A stretch of 64,000 nucleotides of DNA from the human T2T-CHM13v2.0 reference genome, Homo sapiens. Below the pieces are notes generated by a model that was given only the letters and a program-made list of their open reading frames with translations, did not search any database and was not told the DNA's origin. The position numbers and the translations under genes are program-made. Of this stretch, positions 40,416 through 54,138 are shown piece after piece; within the stretch, counting starts at the first letter, position 1, and each line of letters starts with the position of its first letter. The stretch is taken from NCBI RefSeq assembly GCF_009914755.1, contig NC_060948.1, one strand, 5' to 3'.

Positions 40416-42158
40416 AGGTATTCAGTTGCTGTTAGTGCAAAAAGCCCAGTAAGGATTGGCTGAGATTAGATGCCAGTCATAGAAATCCATTTAAGAAAAT
40501 CAGTGGGTGTGTTTATATCTTAGCCTGTTGCCCACACTTGTCCCAGCATATACTCCAGGGTGAAAAAGCTCACAGAAATTTGGCAATGAATTGTCCATTT
40601 TTCAAATTGTCTTTGGTCCTCATTGCTATACCATGGCTCTGCTAAGAAAACAGAACTGAATGGATGTTTTATTTTGTACAGTTATCAAATCTACTTCTCC
40701 TAGAGTATGCTGAAGTGTTTATGTTCCTTCAAAATTAAGAGCAGTAGTAACAAATCGGTTTGTCCTTTCATTTTTAGAACATCAGTATATGATGGCTTCA
40801 TTTGCCACCTGATTTTAGTCATCCTGCTTTAAAAAGTCTGTGGAAATTAATGACACTTATTGAGTTAAGTATAAGTTTTCTTATATAGTTTACTAAGTTC
40901 TCTGGGTATTAGAATATATTGGGCACCTTTGTCAACTCAAAATTGAGGAATATATACACTGGCTTTGAAAAAGTAGATTTCTTCTGGAGTGCAATTGCAT
41001 GATCTCAGCTCACTGCAACCCTCTAAAAAAAAGAAAAAAAAAGAAAAAATAGATTTCTTATTTACTGAATTAATGTGAACATTCAAATGCTTGGTAAAAG
41101 CTAGTAGTTTTCTAGTTAAGTTAATATCAGATCACATAAAATATCTCAGAAAATAGACATCTATCTTCAGTTATGGAGAAGAGCAATAATGACAAACATA
41201 ATTTATTTTAAATTTTTATTTCTTAAAGTAGAAGCATATATACTCTCAATCTCAGTCTTACATATATTTGAATCAGACCACAAAGAAATAAAATCAATTA
41301 AATATGGTTTTATGCATCATTTGTTTAGTAATTTAAACTTTATTCTCTATAAAAGATAAGCTATAAAGAAGTTTCAAGAATGAAAACTCAGGAGTTGTAA
41401 ACACTACTAAAAGAAATACTTTCAAGTTATAATTGTTTTATAATGCCTCTCAAATTTCTATCACCAGTTGCATGAATCCCCTTATAATTACTTTTATTAG
41501 ACTGAGTTTGAAAAATCAGGATATAAAAATTATTGTCCTGATTGTTCAAGATCAAGTATTCTATTCACAATCCAACCCAAACTAATTACTCTTTATGGAT
41601 CAACATGATGTTCCTCCAATTACAAAATAAAAGTAATGAATAAAATATACATTATCATTTTCCAAATTCTACGGTATGGCAAGGCAGAGATATACTTGCT
41701 TGCTTTAGGAAACAGGTCTTTCCAATACTAAGGGAAACTTGAGTTAGACATTAAAATGCAATGAAGACTGTTATCTGTGCCTTTGATGTGTGAAGATGTG
41801 AATTCAAACGCTTAATTGGTCTAACATAAATAACCCTAATGAATTAGAATTAAATAACTATCGATGAGCTGTACTCATCGATAAGACCTATCCATTCTAC
41901 AGTAGCGGGCTTCCCCTATCATCACAATTCAACATTCACTCTTCCGTGAAGCAAAGTGTAGTATTTCTGAACCACAGAATTCACCATTCCTATCGATTTA
42001 GGATGACGTCTGTTAGAGTTTTGCCATCTAAACAGAAGCTGCTGTAGGTACTTTAAAAAAGAAAAGTCTCTCTCCAAGGAAATATAATCCTATCCCTCAG
42101 AAGAGAAGAGAGAAGTGTACCCTGAAACCAAAGGCAGATTTTAAAAAAATCTCTATGG

Positions 42159-42458
42159 GGCCAGGAGCAGTGTCTCACCCCTGTAATCCCAGCACTTTGG
42201 GAGGCCGAGGCGGGCAGATCACAAGATCAGGAGATCGAGACCATCCTGGTTAACATGGTGAAAAGCTGTCTCTACTAAAAATACAAAAAATTAGCCGGGC
42301 ATGGTGGTATGCCCCTGTAGTTCCAGCTACTTTGGAGGCTGAGGCACAAGAATCGCTGAACCCAGGAGGTGGAGGATACAGTGAATCAAGATCGTGCCAC
42401 TGCTCTCCATCCTGGGTGACAGAGCAAGTCTGTTTCAAAACAAACAAATAAACAAACA
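42159..42458 (+). mobile_element. AluSc-like element
   Basis: GAGGCCGAGGCGGGCAGATCACAAGATCAGGAGATCGAGACCATCCTGG; AAAC-type tail. Confidence 0.9.
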
Positions 42459-43051
42459 TCTCAGTGGAAGCTTCTAGCAATACCAAACTTGTGGATTCAT
42501 AGAGACCCACCCTCTGCTCATACATCTGACTTCAGAAGCCCTACAGAAAGAAAAATCCATCCTCTCTTCTACCATGAAAATCTCTCACCTAAACTGTATC
42601 TGATGAAGGCAGTTCCTATCATACCATTTTTTTATATGGTATTGGGTAGCATATGGGAAGGAGAAATAAATTGACTATAGAAAATCCAGCACAAAGGCTG
42701 TATGGTTATCTATTTAATATTAGAGCAACATCTGTTGGTGTCTCAGCAATGCAACTTTGGGCATTTGAATGTTCTAAGGTGAGATGTTCTTCCCAAGGTT
42801 GGATGTAAATATCCTGTAGACACCTTGAATAATGTATTATGCAACTGAGGAGGGCTTTCACCTTCTGCAGGGCCCTGCAACAAGTGCCAACATGTGAATA
42901 GGGCTGTACCTTGTGTGCAGGTGAAATCATATCATAAATTAAAATAAAGCATGAAAATGGAGAAGAAAAAAAGACAGAGCATCAAAAGAAACAAGAGAGA
43001 GAAGGGATGTCATCCTGCCTGCTGCTAATACCCACACTTTCTAAAATATAT

Positions 43052-43771
43052 TGAGAGATGAAGAAAGACTTGGAGAACTTTTGTGTCTAGCTAAAGGATT
43101 ATAAATGCACAATCAGTGCTCTGTGTCTACTTAAAGGATTGTATATGCACCAGTCAGCACTCTTATAAAATCGCACCAATCAGCATTCTAGCTAACAGAT
43201 TGTAAACGCACCAATCAGCACTTTGTAAAATGGACCAATCAGCACTCTGTAAAATGACCAATCAGTACTCTGTAAAATGGACCACTTAGCAGGTTGTGGG
43301 AGGGGCCAAATAAGAGAATAAAAGCTGGCCATGGAGCCAGCAGCAGGCAACTCACTGGGGTCCCCTTCCATGCTGTGGAAGCTTTGTTATTTTGCTCTTC
43401 ACAATAAATCTTGCTGCCGCTCACTCTTTGGGTCCGTACTCCCTTTATGAGCTGTAATGCTCATAGTGAGGGTCTGTGGCTTCACTCCTGAAGTCAGTGT
43501 GACGACAACCCCACTAGGAGGAACAAACAACTCCAGATGCTGCACCAACTTTAAGAGCTGTAATACTCACTGCGAAGGTCTACAGCTTCACTCTTGAAGT
43601 CAGCAAGACCAGAACCACCTGGAAGAAACTCAGACACATCTGAACATCTGAAGGAACAAACTCTGGACACATCATCTTTAAGAACTGTAGTACTCACCGC
43701 GAGGATCTGTGGCTTCATTCTTGAAGTCAGCAAGACCAAGAATACACTGGAAGAAACCAATTCCAGACACA
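43052..43771 (+). mobile_element. Solo LTR12 (ERV9)
   Basis: TGAGAGATGAAG start, CACCAATCAGCAC repeats, ends TTCCAGACACA; 4-bp TSD ATAT/ATGT. Confidence 0.9.
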
Positions 43772-44423
43772 ATGTGACACATATCTGTTATTTTAACTCT
43801 GGGTGCTAGAGTCAAAATCCTGCATCACCCAGAATCAGTGCTCACCAAACATCTGAGCCATGACATGAATTTCAAGAGCTACTATGTAGTTCATGCTGAT
43901 GCAGAGATGAAGTGAGGTGTTTAGTCTAATGAACTTACTATTGCCTTCAAAATATTAACTTGAAAAATTAAGTCTGCTATAAAGAAGCTTAGTTTTCAGA
44001 AAACTCTTGAACACTGCTCACATAATACATGTTATCACAACTTTGTAAATATATTTTTACAGTATTTTTAAAAGTCACGTTTTTATACTTCACAGGAGAT
44101 ACTACATCTTTTTCTAATTGAATACTATTGCATACCCTTTGTAGAAATGTTGGAGAGTGTGGGATAGAGTAATTAAGAAGGTAAAATATTATTGAAATCT
44201 TTATTCAGAATAATACATTTAGTGTATTTTACTGTCTGTTGTATCTGTGTAACAATATATATGGAATAGTTTTACCTCATTACTTTCCAAATGTTAATAA
44301 GAAAGCAAAAATTGTGTTTGTTTGTTTATAAGTAGGTTTCATAACAGATGCCCTTATCATATTAAATAATATTAATTATATTTAATGGTTTGTACATGTT
44401 TTATCTTGTTTAAAATGAACTTT

Positions 44424-44758
44424 GGCCAAGGATGGTGGCCCCTATCTGTAATCCCAGCACTTTAGGAGGTCAAGATAGGAAAATCACTTGTATCCAGAAG
44501 TGTGAGACCAGACTGGGCAACATAGTGAGAACTTGTCTCTCAAAAAAAAAAAACAAAAAAAAAAAAAAAGAGAGAGAAATTTGCCAGGTGTGGTGGTGTG
44601 CACCTTTACTCCCAGCTACCTGGTAAGCTGAGGTAGGAGGACTGCTTGAGCCATGAGGTTGAGGTTGCAGTGAGGTGTGATCACACCACTGAACTCCAGC
44701 CTGGACAACAGAGCAAGACCCAGTCTCAAAAAATATGTACAAAATAAAATAAAATAAA
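44424..44758 (+). mobile_element. AluJ
   Basis: GGAGGACTGCTTGAGCCATGAGGTTGAGGTTGCAGTGAG; dimeric with A-rich tail. Confidence 0.88.
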
Positions 44759-45149
44759 CCTTTCTTTTTAAAGATTATACACCTATCATTCACAGATTAT
44801 TCTAAAGATCTTCATTCATTGTATTTATGTTATGAATTCATTGACATTTATTTTAACATATTGTATATTATATCATTTTGATGTGGAAGGCCAATGGAAT
44901 CAATAGTATTTATAATACAGTCTGTATATGGAGTGTCCAATAGACCTAAAAAATGATGGAAAATTTTTATTTTGCACTATTTAATATAGTGTCTATTGGA
45001 CATATGTGTTCATTGAGTATTTTTTAATGTGACTAATATACTGATTTTTAAATATTGACTTAATTAATTTAAATGTAAATCAAAATAGACACATTTGGTT
45101 CATAGCTACATATTGGTTACGGCCTATGTAAACACTCTGAATAAAAGTA

Positions 45150-45520
45150 GAGATTATAATATTTCATAGAAGAAAGATCCAATTGCATTTTACCTATAAG
45201 AAATGTACTTCAACTATAAAGACTCAAAATAAAAGGATGAAAAAGTTATGCCATATAAACACTAATCAGAAAGGTGGGATTCTGATACTAATATGAGACA
45301 AAACCAATTTGAGTAAAGGCAAAAAATATTTCCAGATACATTAACACATTCCAAAATGATAAGTTGGTCAATGTGTCAAGAAAATGGAATAAGTACAATA
45401 GTTATACACCTAATAGTAGAAGATCAAAATGCATAAAAGTAACATGGATGCAAATAGAAACAGAAACACTTGCCACCACCATTATATATTTTAATAACAC
45501 TTTCCCTATTATTAGAAGCA
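45150..45520 (+). mobile_element. Ancient L1 ORF2 endonuclease-region fragment
   Basis: CTATAAGAAATGTACTTCAACTATAAAGAC...AAAGGATGAAAAAGTTATGCCATATAAACACTAATCAGAAAG. Confidence 0.55.
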
Positions 45521-45879
45521 GTGTTTTTTAATAGGAAAAAAGGTTGAAAAATATACCAACCATCTGGACATTTTGAGAAATGTTCCAATGTTTAAATTAT
45601 TGATGAAAGAAAATATAGATAGAAACTAAAAGGATTTCCAAAGGGAAACTGCATAAGAACCTAGAAACAACCAGCCTAATGTCCTTGTGGTAAGAAAACT
45701 CTTATATCTCATGAAAGGTAAGGTTGAAAACCCCAAGTTGTAGCTAGTTAGCAGTTACCTGAATTATGCCTTTGGGGGATAATCACATGCAATTACAACT
45801 ATTTTAGATTGAATACACATGTAAACTAAAAAGTAGTGACAGAAACTTATTACATTTAATTTTTAAAAACTTACTGCAT

Positions 45880-46187
45880 TTTTGTTTGTTTGGTTGGTTT
45901 TTTTCTGAGATGGGCTCTCACTCTGTTGCCCAGGCTGGAGGGCAGTGGAATGTCCTCAGCTAACTACAGACTCCCCCTCCTGGGTTCAAGCGATTCTCAT
46001 GCCTCTGACTCTCAAAGAGCTGGATTATGGATGCCCACCCCAATGACTGGCTAATTTTGTATTTTTAGTAAAGGTGGGGGTTCACCGTGTTTCCCAGGCT
46101 GGTGTCAATCTACTGGCCTCAAGTGATCTGCCCACCTTGGCCTCCCAAAGTGCTGGGATTATAGGCATTAGACACTCCATATGGCCA
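45880..46187 (-). mobile_element. Alu (J/S)
   Basis: TGAGATGGGCTCTCACTCTGTTGCCCAGGCTGGAG...CCTCCCAAAGTGCTGGGATTATAGG. Confidence 0.9.
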
Positions 46188-46512
46188 GAGTGAAATTTAA
46201 TTATGGAATTTTGGAAGTCTCAGTAAGAAATGTGTCTAACACCATGGAAATTGTCAAAATACCTGGCAATTTTTTTTAAAGATATATGTATTCCATTTCC
46301 TGATCATATTGCCTGTGGAATAATACTAACATTTCTGAATAAATTAGCTAATTGAACACATTCTTTGATTTTTAACAACATGTATGTCCTTATCAGGAAT
46401 AAATGGTTTAAGAAATCTGGGCAGGGAAAGTTATGAATAAAATTATAGAAAGAATAAAAAACAACCTACAAAATGACTTAAATCCAAGTTTACTTGGCAA
46501 CTATACCCATAT

Positions 46513-47506
46513 TGTAACCACCTGTTAACTTCTTCCTATCCTCTGCAGAAACAAAAATCACAGCATTGCAGTAAAGAAAGAATTTAACCAGGTCAGTTGC
46601 TCATGCCTGTAATCCCAGCACTTTGGGACACTGCACTGGGTGAATCACTTGAGGTCAAGAGTCTCTACTAAAAATAAAAGAAAATAAAAAACATTAGCTA
46701 GACATGGTGGCAGACACCTGTAATGTCAGCTACTTGGGAGGCTGAGGTGGGACAGTTATTCAAATCCAGGATGCAAAGGCTGAAGTGAGGTGAGATCACA
46801 CCACTGCACTCCAGCATGAGTGACAGGGCAAGACTCCATTTCAAAAAAAAATAAAAGATTTTAATTGAAGGAAGGGCCAGCCATTCTGCCATGCCATGTA
46901 GGAGATGGAGTTATTATTCAAATCGATCTCACCAAAGGTTTTTTTTTAGGGGTTTTTCAAAGGCAGTTTGGGTGATGGGGTGGAGGTAGAAAGGAAGAGG
47001 GTACGTAGTGCTGATTCATTGGGTTATAGATGAAATCATAATGGGACAAAGTGATCCTCTTGAGTTGAGTCACTTCTGTGTAGGGCCACAGGAGTGGCCT
47101 TGTCCAGGTTGGTCCACATGGGTCCAGGTGGAGCCAGGTGTCAGCCAAGAAAAAAAAAAAAAAACCTGAAAAGAGATCTCAAAAGGTCAATGGTATGTTC
47201 TACATTAGTGATATTACCTGCAGGACCTCCAGAATAACGACGGACAATCCTTTATGTCTATACATTAGCAGAAATCAGGCTCCTTTCCTCCCTGTAGCCC
47301 AAAAGTGTGTTTCTCACTACCTTTACAAAGGGAGTTGAGCTTTGGAAAAGGCCTATTATTTAAACTGGAAACTAAAAGTCTTCCAAAGTTAGCCCAGGAA
47401 TAATGAAGGTAGCTTGTAAGCTAAAGGTAAGTAAAGGGTATGTTAGATCACGTTTGTTTCAGTGTCATAATTTTCTCTTTGATAAACATTTTCCAAAAGG
47501 CTTTCA
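46513..47506 (-). mobile_element. LTR8/MER4-group ERV1 LTR with an internally deleted Alu inserted (~46588-46855)
   Basis: TGTAACCACC...TTTCA termini; GCATTGCAGTAAAGAAAGAATTTAA, TCATAATTTTCTC...CAAAAGGCTTTCA. Confidence 0.65.
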
Positions 47507-47593
47507 AAGTAATGACAGTTGCAGGTGGTGGGAGTCTAAACTTGGCTGAATCTCTGAGTAAAACTGGATTCTACATGTAAAAAGGTCACTTAT

Positions 47594-48619
47594 TGTTTCA
47601 GGTACTTAGGCAGGCATAAACAGGGCAGGAAAGGGCTCTCCACAGCAGACTAAGAATGTCAGATGATGGTTTCACAATTATCTATTTGCCTCTCTAAAAA
47701 TGATAACTGGAAGCCTGAGCCAGTGAAAAGCTATATGCTGATGGGCCACAACTGTTGCAGTAAAGTGTTAGTGGAATGCACACACCAGGGAGAAGCAATT
47801 TCCTGGGAATGTGCATTAACAGACAAAATGGAGTACGATCTTCTTGGGCACATTTCCAGAAAGGGGAAGAAAGCCTCAAATTGGTCATGCGTACAACTTA
47901 CTGAACACATAGTGCATGCTCACTTGCCAAGGATAAGGTCGTGGGGGTGGGGAAAGTGTGCCTGCAGGCAGCACAACCTAAAGGAAGAATTATGGGGAAG
48001 AGGCCAGCCTATAAAGTCCTAGGATCAGGGTTGTATTAGTTCTTTTTCATATTGCTGATAAAGACATATCCAACACTGGGTAATGTATTTATTTATTTAA
48101 AAAAAGAAGTTTAATAGACTCATAGTTCCAAGTGGCTGTAGTGGCCTCATAATGATGGTAGAAGGAGAAAGGCATATCTCACATGGTGCCAGACAAGAGA
48201 AGTGAACGTGTGCAGGGAAACTAACCTTTATAAAATAATCAGATCTCATGAGTCTTATTCACTACCATGAGAGCAGCATGGGAAAGACCGACTCCCATGA
48301 ATTAATTACTTCCACTGGGGCCCTCCCACAACCCATGGGAATTGTGGGAGCCACAATTCAAGATGAGATTTGGGTGGGGACACAGACAAATCATATCAAA
48401 GGTTAAACAGCACACTTGTTCTTCAAGTTGCCCACTTGAGTCTTTTCCAAGCATACTTTCCTTTTTTTCGTGTCTTAAAGCCTTTTTAAATAAACTTCTC
48501 TGCTCCAAAACTTGCCTTGGTCCCTTTTTCTGCTTTATGCCCCTCAGTTGAATTCTTTCTTCTGAGGAGGCAACAACTGATGTTGCTGCAGACCCATAAA
48601 GATACACGGCCGGTAACCC
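47594..48619 (+). mobile_element. MER50-like LTR, complete, interrupted by THE1
   Basis: TAGGCAGGCATAAACAGGGCAGGAAAGGG...CATGCGTACAACT...TATAAAGTCC...CCGGTAAC. Confidence 0.7.
48032..48398 (-). mobile_element. Complete THE1-type LTR straddling the right inner arm boundary
   Basis: TGTATTAGT...CATATCA termini; 5-bp TSD AGGGT/AAGGT. Confidence 0.87.
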
Positions 48620-50436
48620 AACTACTTTCCACTGGTAAAACTATGGGCCTAGAAAAGATGATATAATTTTGGACCACTTGGACACATTTCAGAATTTCAG
48701 AAAAAGGCATCTCTTTAACTCGATGATAAGTACATCATGGAACTAACTTCTATGTCAAGAGAGTAAGGACAGTGATTTCATAATGTTTACGACCTTCAGT
48801 ATACTCAAATTTAATCATTGTTCTTTCACATTAAAAAGTAGTATTGAGGCCACCTCAGAATCACTGTATACATTGGGAAAACAGGTTCTTATTTATAGTG
48901 CTGCAAATGTATTAGGGCTTTAAAAGTGAATGAGTTCTTTAACGTTCAAGGCCAAAATTGCTGACAAAGCCCCCTCTGTCTTCTTCAGTCCCCAGAGCAC
49001 ATCCTTCCTTCCAGGAGATGATAAACATGAAAGCACACAGTACTGACTGTAGTTGTCTGTCTCTGGCATATGGCACCAACAATGAGGGATGAAACACTCT
49101 GATAACTGGCTTTGGAATCAGAAACACTTCTTGCAAGAGAAGCAAAATGATTCTTCCCTGCAACATGAGAATTGTCATGAGTCCCTCCACTTTCAGAGAG
49201 GTTGCTTGAAACAGGAAAGGAGAAATCAGCCAAGAGTATAATGTCTGCATTCTTCACAATCTGTCATTTCATTGGCCAAAGCTTTAGCTTGGAATAGGGT
49301 CTGATATTAGTTTTGGTTATGAGTTTGCCAGTGATCACCCCACAGTAGAAAGTCCCACGTGTTAGTCATAAAATCTTCATCTCAAGGACACCAGGCAATT
49401 CACACTTCATGGTTAACAAAAATGAAATATTGAAGACATGCTCAGAGAAGTGGCATAAATGAGTATTTACACAGCTATCCCAGAGATGCTCTGTGTGAGT
49501 CAGGTGAGAACAAACAAGATGGCTAGCATCACTTCTTTTTTCAGAAAGCAAGCCAACAGGAGTCCCATGCAAGCATTGTACTCATTATGCTACTAGCTAA
49601 ATCCAGGTGGTTTACAACTGCAATTCATTTTCAGTGAAATACCTTTGCCCACATATTAAAACCTCTCTGCACAAGCATTTCTAAGCATTTCTAAAGCATT
49701 AAACAACCATTTCACAAACTCAATTCAGAAAAAAAGATGAGCTCAGCTCTGAAATGTTTGTTAAGTCTCTGTTACATAATTGCATGTATGAATTCATCTG
49801 CTTCACCTATTTATGTGTGTGTCAAATGAAGAGAAGTATTAACAACTCTTGCCTCCTCTTGTCAAAAAAAAAAAAAAAAACTTTATAAAGAAGCTTTCAT
49901 CATGTCGCTATTCCACCCAAATGTCATCTTATCTTGTATAACATGTTATATAATTTCATTTTAAACCTAGATGTGAGAAAAGTGATATCTCAAAAATGCC
50001 ATGGTGAGAACACCCAGGTGTCCGGAATTTTATAAACTTTACCGTATATTCACATAAAATTTCTTCTATACCAATATCATCAGTTTCTTAAATATATTAT
50101 TCAATTCCCATGTTAAATAATAGTGTTAGGTTATCCACTCTTTTATAGATACCTGACTTTAAAGTTCTCACAAGCTGAAACTCCCATGTTCTTATTTTAA
50201 ATAGAACAAAGAAAGTTTCTCTAGCTAAGATTGTCATTTTATTCATCACAGAATTATACTTGAGGGAAAATAAAAAGACTGCACTTGAATTATTTTAAAG
50301 CAATCTATGAAAACGTACTGTATTGGGGCATCATTCCCCAGTATCATACGCAATACTAGCAAAACGGTTTCTATGGTTTAACTAACACAAAACTCACTTT
50401 TGTAAACAATGATAGGTCAATATTTTCAAATCAATT
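48323..50436 (-). repeat. Right palindrome arm, part mirrored within the window (arm probably continues to 64000 and beyond)
   Basis: 50427-50436 CAAATCAATT is the reverse complement of bases 1-10; the poly-T at 557-573 mirrors the poly-A at 49864-49880; spot checks found no mismatch. Confidence 0.97.
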
Positions 50437-50758
50437 ATGCCTAAGCACATAAATCAAAAGAAAGTCACACTCCATGTCTTTAGAGAGGATCATCCCATAA
50501 CCAAAATTAGGTATATGGCCTTCTATGCTATCTTAAAATATCTCACTGGTTAATGTTACTCAACATCTCATAACATATAACCCAGAACTCTCCCCATCAA
50601 CACTCACACGCTTGTAATTTACGCATAGTCTGTCCCTTATATTTGTGACTTTCACAGCCACATATTCAACAAACCACTCCTTATATTTTCATATTCTTAT
50701 GAATATGCATATGTTGTAAATAACACCATGAAAATTTAAGGAGCTCATGCAACTCAAT

Positions 50759-50793
<35 letters not shown>

Positions 50794-51426
50794 AAATAAG
50801 TGATTTAGAGGAAAGAAGAAATATAGGAAATAGTGCTTTACCCTAAGAGTCAATCTTAAATTGAGAGGTGAAGCCAGCTGGACTTCCTGGGTCTAGTGGG
50901 GATTTGGAGAACTTTTCTGTCTAGCTAAAGGTTTGTAAACACAAAAATCAGCATTCTGTAAAAACACACCATTCAGCACTCTGTGTCTAGCTAAAGGTTT
51001 GTAAACACACCAATCAGCACTCTGTAAAATGGACCAATCAGCAGAACATGTGTGGGGCCAAGTAAGGGAAGAAAAGCTGGCCACCCAAGCCAGCAGCGGC
51101 AACCTGCTCAGGTCCCTTTCCATGCTGTGGAAGCTTTGTTCTTTCTCTCTTCACAATAAGTCTTGCTGCTGCTCACTCTTTGGGTTCACACTAACTTTAT
51201 GAGCTGTAACACTCATGATGACGGTCTGCAGCTTCATTCCCGAAGTCAGCAAGACCACAAATCCACCAGAAGGAAAAAACTCTGGACACATCCGAACATC
51301 TGATGGAACAAACTCCAGACACACCATCTTTGAGAACTGTAACACTCACCACGAGGGTGCGTGGCTTTGTTTTTGATGTCAGTGATACCAGGAATCCACC
51401 TGAAGGAACCAATTCTGGACACATTT

Positions 51427-51444
51427 TGGCAACCATGAAGGGAC
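51427..51444 (+). promoter_or_regulatory. Retroviral primer-binding site (ERV9/HERV-W type)
   Basis: TGGCAACCATGAAGGGAC, 3 nt after the end of the 5' LTR. Confidence 0.8.
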
Positions 51445-52677
51445 AATCACCTGTCAACAACCGGTGAGTACCATCGGGCCCCTTTTGCTTGCTATTCTGT
51501 CTTATTTTTCCTTAGAATTTGGGGGCTAAATACCAGGCACCTGTCGGCCAGTTAAAAGCAACTAGCATGACTGCCAGACTAAAGACAGGGGTGTCAGGCT
51601 TTCTGGGAAAGGGTTTTCTAACAACCACTGACTCTTCGGAGTTGAGAGCATTGGTTTGCCTGGAACCAGCTTCCACTTTTCCTGTACTTCTGGGCTGAGC
51701 TGAGGGTTGACAGAGAGGAAAGCTATTCAGCTGCAGGGTCCCAACAAGAAGTTAGTTGACCCTGCAGCCATGAGCGGAACTCTCAAAGTCATGTCAGCCA
51801 AGTGAGACTCACCCATCTCTCCTACCTATCCTGACCCTTGCCTCCCGGGTCCTAATGCTTGTCAGACAAACTTCCTTTTGCCTCTCTTGTCTGAGGCTAG
51901 TACTGCTTCTAAAAACCACTCCCTGTCTCTGGTGCTTTTCTAGTTTATCTTATAAGAATGATTTCCAGTATAAACTTCAGGACTCTGTTACCTTCTTTAG
52001 GCACTGGGCTCACCAATCAGAAAGACATAATTTTTGCCAAAAGCCCCGTTGGGGCGGGGGACTATCTGGAATTTTAGTATCCATTCTCAGACTAGCAGGC
52101 CTAATGAAAGCTATTCCTGAACCTAGGATATGGGGAGCTTCAGAAATGGTATCCTTCCTATTCATAAAAGTGAGGGGAAAAGGCATCACTCTTCCAATTC
52201 TGGAGATCCCTTCCCTCCCTCAGGTTATGGCCCTCCACTTCATTTTTGGGGCATAACATCTTCACAGGACAGGGGTAAAGTCCCAATACTAACAGGAGAA
52301 TGCTTAGGACTCTAAAAGTTTTTTGAGAATGTGTCGGTAAGGGTCACTGAATCCAACCTTCCTCGATCCTCCTTGTGGTCTAGGAGGAAAACTAGTGTTT
52401 CTGCCTCTGTGCCAGTGAGCACAACTATTCCGATCAGCAGGGCATAGGGACTGTTGTGGGTTCTTGGGCAAGAGGTGTTTCCACTGCTGCGTTGGTGTGT
52501 GCAACTATTCCAATCAGCAGGGCCCAGGGACCATTGCGGGTTCATTGGCAAGAGGTGTTTCTGCTGCTGCATCGGTGAGTGCAACTATTCCAATCAGCAG
52601 TATCCAGGGACCATTGTGGGTTCTTGGGCAGGGGGAGAAACAAACATACCAAAACCATGGGCACTTTTGTCTTTCAG

Positions 52678-54138
52678 ATGGGAAACACTCAGGTATCAAC
52701 AGGCTCACCCTTGAAATGCATCCTAAGCCATTGGCACCAATTTGACCCACAAACCCTGAAAAAGAGGTGGCTCATTTTTTTCTGCACCATGGCCTGGCCC
52801 CAGTATTCTCTCTCTGATGGGGAAAAATGGCCACCTGAGTGAAGTATAAATTACAATACTATCCTGAAGCTTGACCTTTTCTGTAAGAGGGAAGGCAAAT
52901 GGAGGAAAATACCTTATGTCCAAGCTTTCTTTTCACTGAAGAAGAGACCACAACTATGCAAAGCTTGCAATTTATATCCCACAAGAGGACCTCTTAACTT
53001 ACCCCCATATCCTAGCCTCTCTATAACTCCCCTTCCTATTAATGGTAAACCTCCTCTAATCTCCCCTACCCAGAAGGAAACAAGCAAAGAAATCCCCAAA
53101 GGACCATAAACACCCCCGTGCTATCAGTTATGTCTGCTTCAAGCTGTAGGGGGAGGGGAATTTGGCCCAACCTCGGTACGTGTCCCCTTCTCCCTCTCTG
53201 ACTTAAAGCAGATCAAGGCAGACCTGGGGAACCCTTCAGATGATCTTGATAGGTACATAGATGTCCTACAGGGTCTAGGGCAAACCTTTGATCTCACTTG
53301 GACAGATGTCATGCTATTGTTAGATCAAAACCTGGCCTTTAATGAAAAGAATGTGGCTTTAGCTGCAGCCTGAGAGTTTGGAGATACTTGGTATCTTAGT
53401 CAAGTAAATAATAGAATGACAGCTGAAGAAAGGGACAAATTCCCTACTGGTCAGCAAGTTTTCCCCAGTATGGATCCCCACTGGGACCTTGACTCAGATC
53501 ATCAGGACTGGAGTCATAAACTTCTGTTTACCTGTGTTCTAGAAGGACTAAGGAGAAGTAGGAAAAAGCCCATGAATTATTCAATGATGTCCACCATAAC
53601 TCAGGGAAAAGAAGAAAATCCTTCTGCCTTCCTTGAGCGGGTACAGGAGGCCTTAAGAAAACATACCCCCCTGTCACCTGACTCACTCGAGGGTCAATTG
53701 ATCTTAAAAAATAAGTTTATTACCCAATCAGCCACAGATATCAGGAGAAAGCTCCAAAAGTGAGCCCTGGGACCTGAACAAAATCTGGAGGCATTATTAA
53801 ACCTGGCAATCTCAGTGTTCTAAACAGGTACCAAGAGGAACAGGCCCAAAAGGAAAAGAAAGATCAGAAAAAGGCTGCAGCCTTAGTCATGGTCCTCAGA
53901 CAAACAAACCTTGGTGGTTCAGAGAGGACAGAAAATGGAGCAGGCTAATCACCTGGTGGGGCTTGTTACCAGTGTGGTTTTCAAGGACACCTTAAAAAGA
54001 TTGTTCAATGAGAAACAACAACGACCCCCTCATCCATGTCTGCTATGCTGAGGCAATCACTGGAAGGCACACTGCCCCAGAGGGCAAAGCTTCTCTGGGC
54101 CAGAAGCCCCCAGCCAGATAATCCAACAACAAGATTGA
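52678..54138 (+). pseudogene. ERV9 gag remnant
   Basis: [19 protein letters not shown]...; ITQGKEENPSAFLERVQEAL (ORF 53416..53763); zinc knuckle CYQCGFQGH near 53964; multiple stops. Confidence 0.88.

Noticed and set aside
50760-50790. Poly-A as a processed-pseudogene tail
   Set aside because: Lies within an L1-like context (CAACTCAATAGCAAAA...AAATAAGTGATTTA); no upstream cDNA-like sequence or TSD seen.
52395-52630. ~65-bp tandem repeats
   Set aside because: Located in the ERV9 leader upstream of gag and appear to be part of the element.
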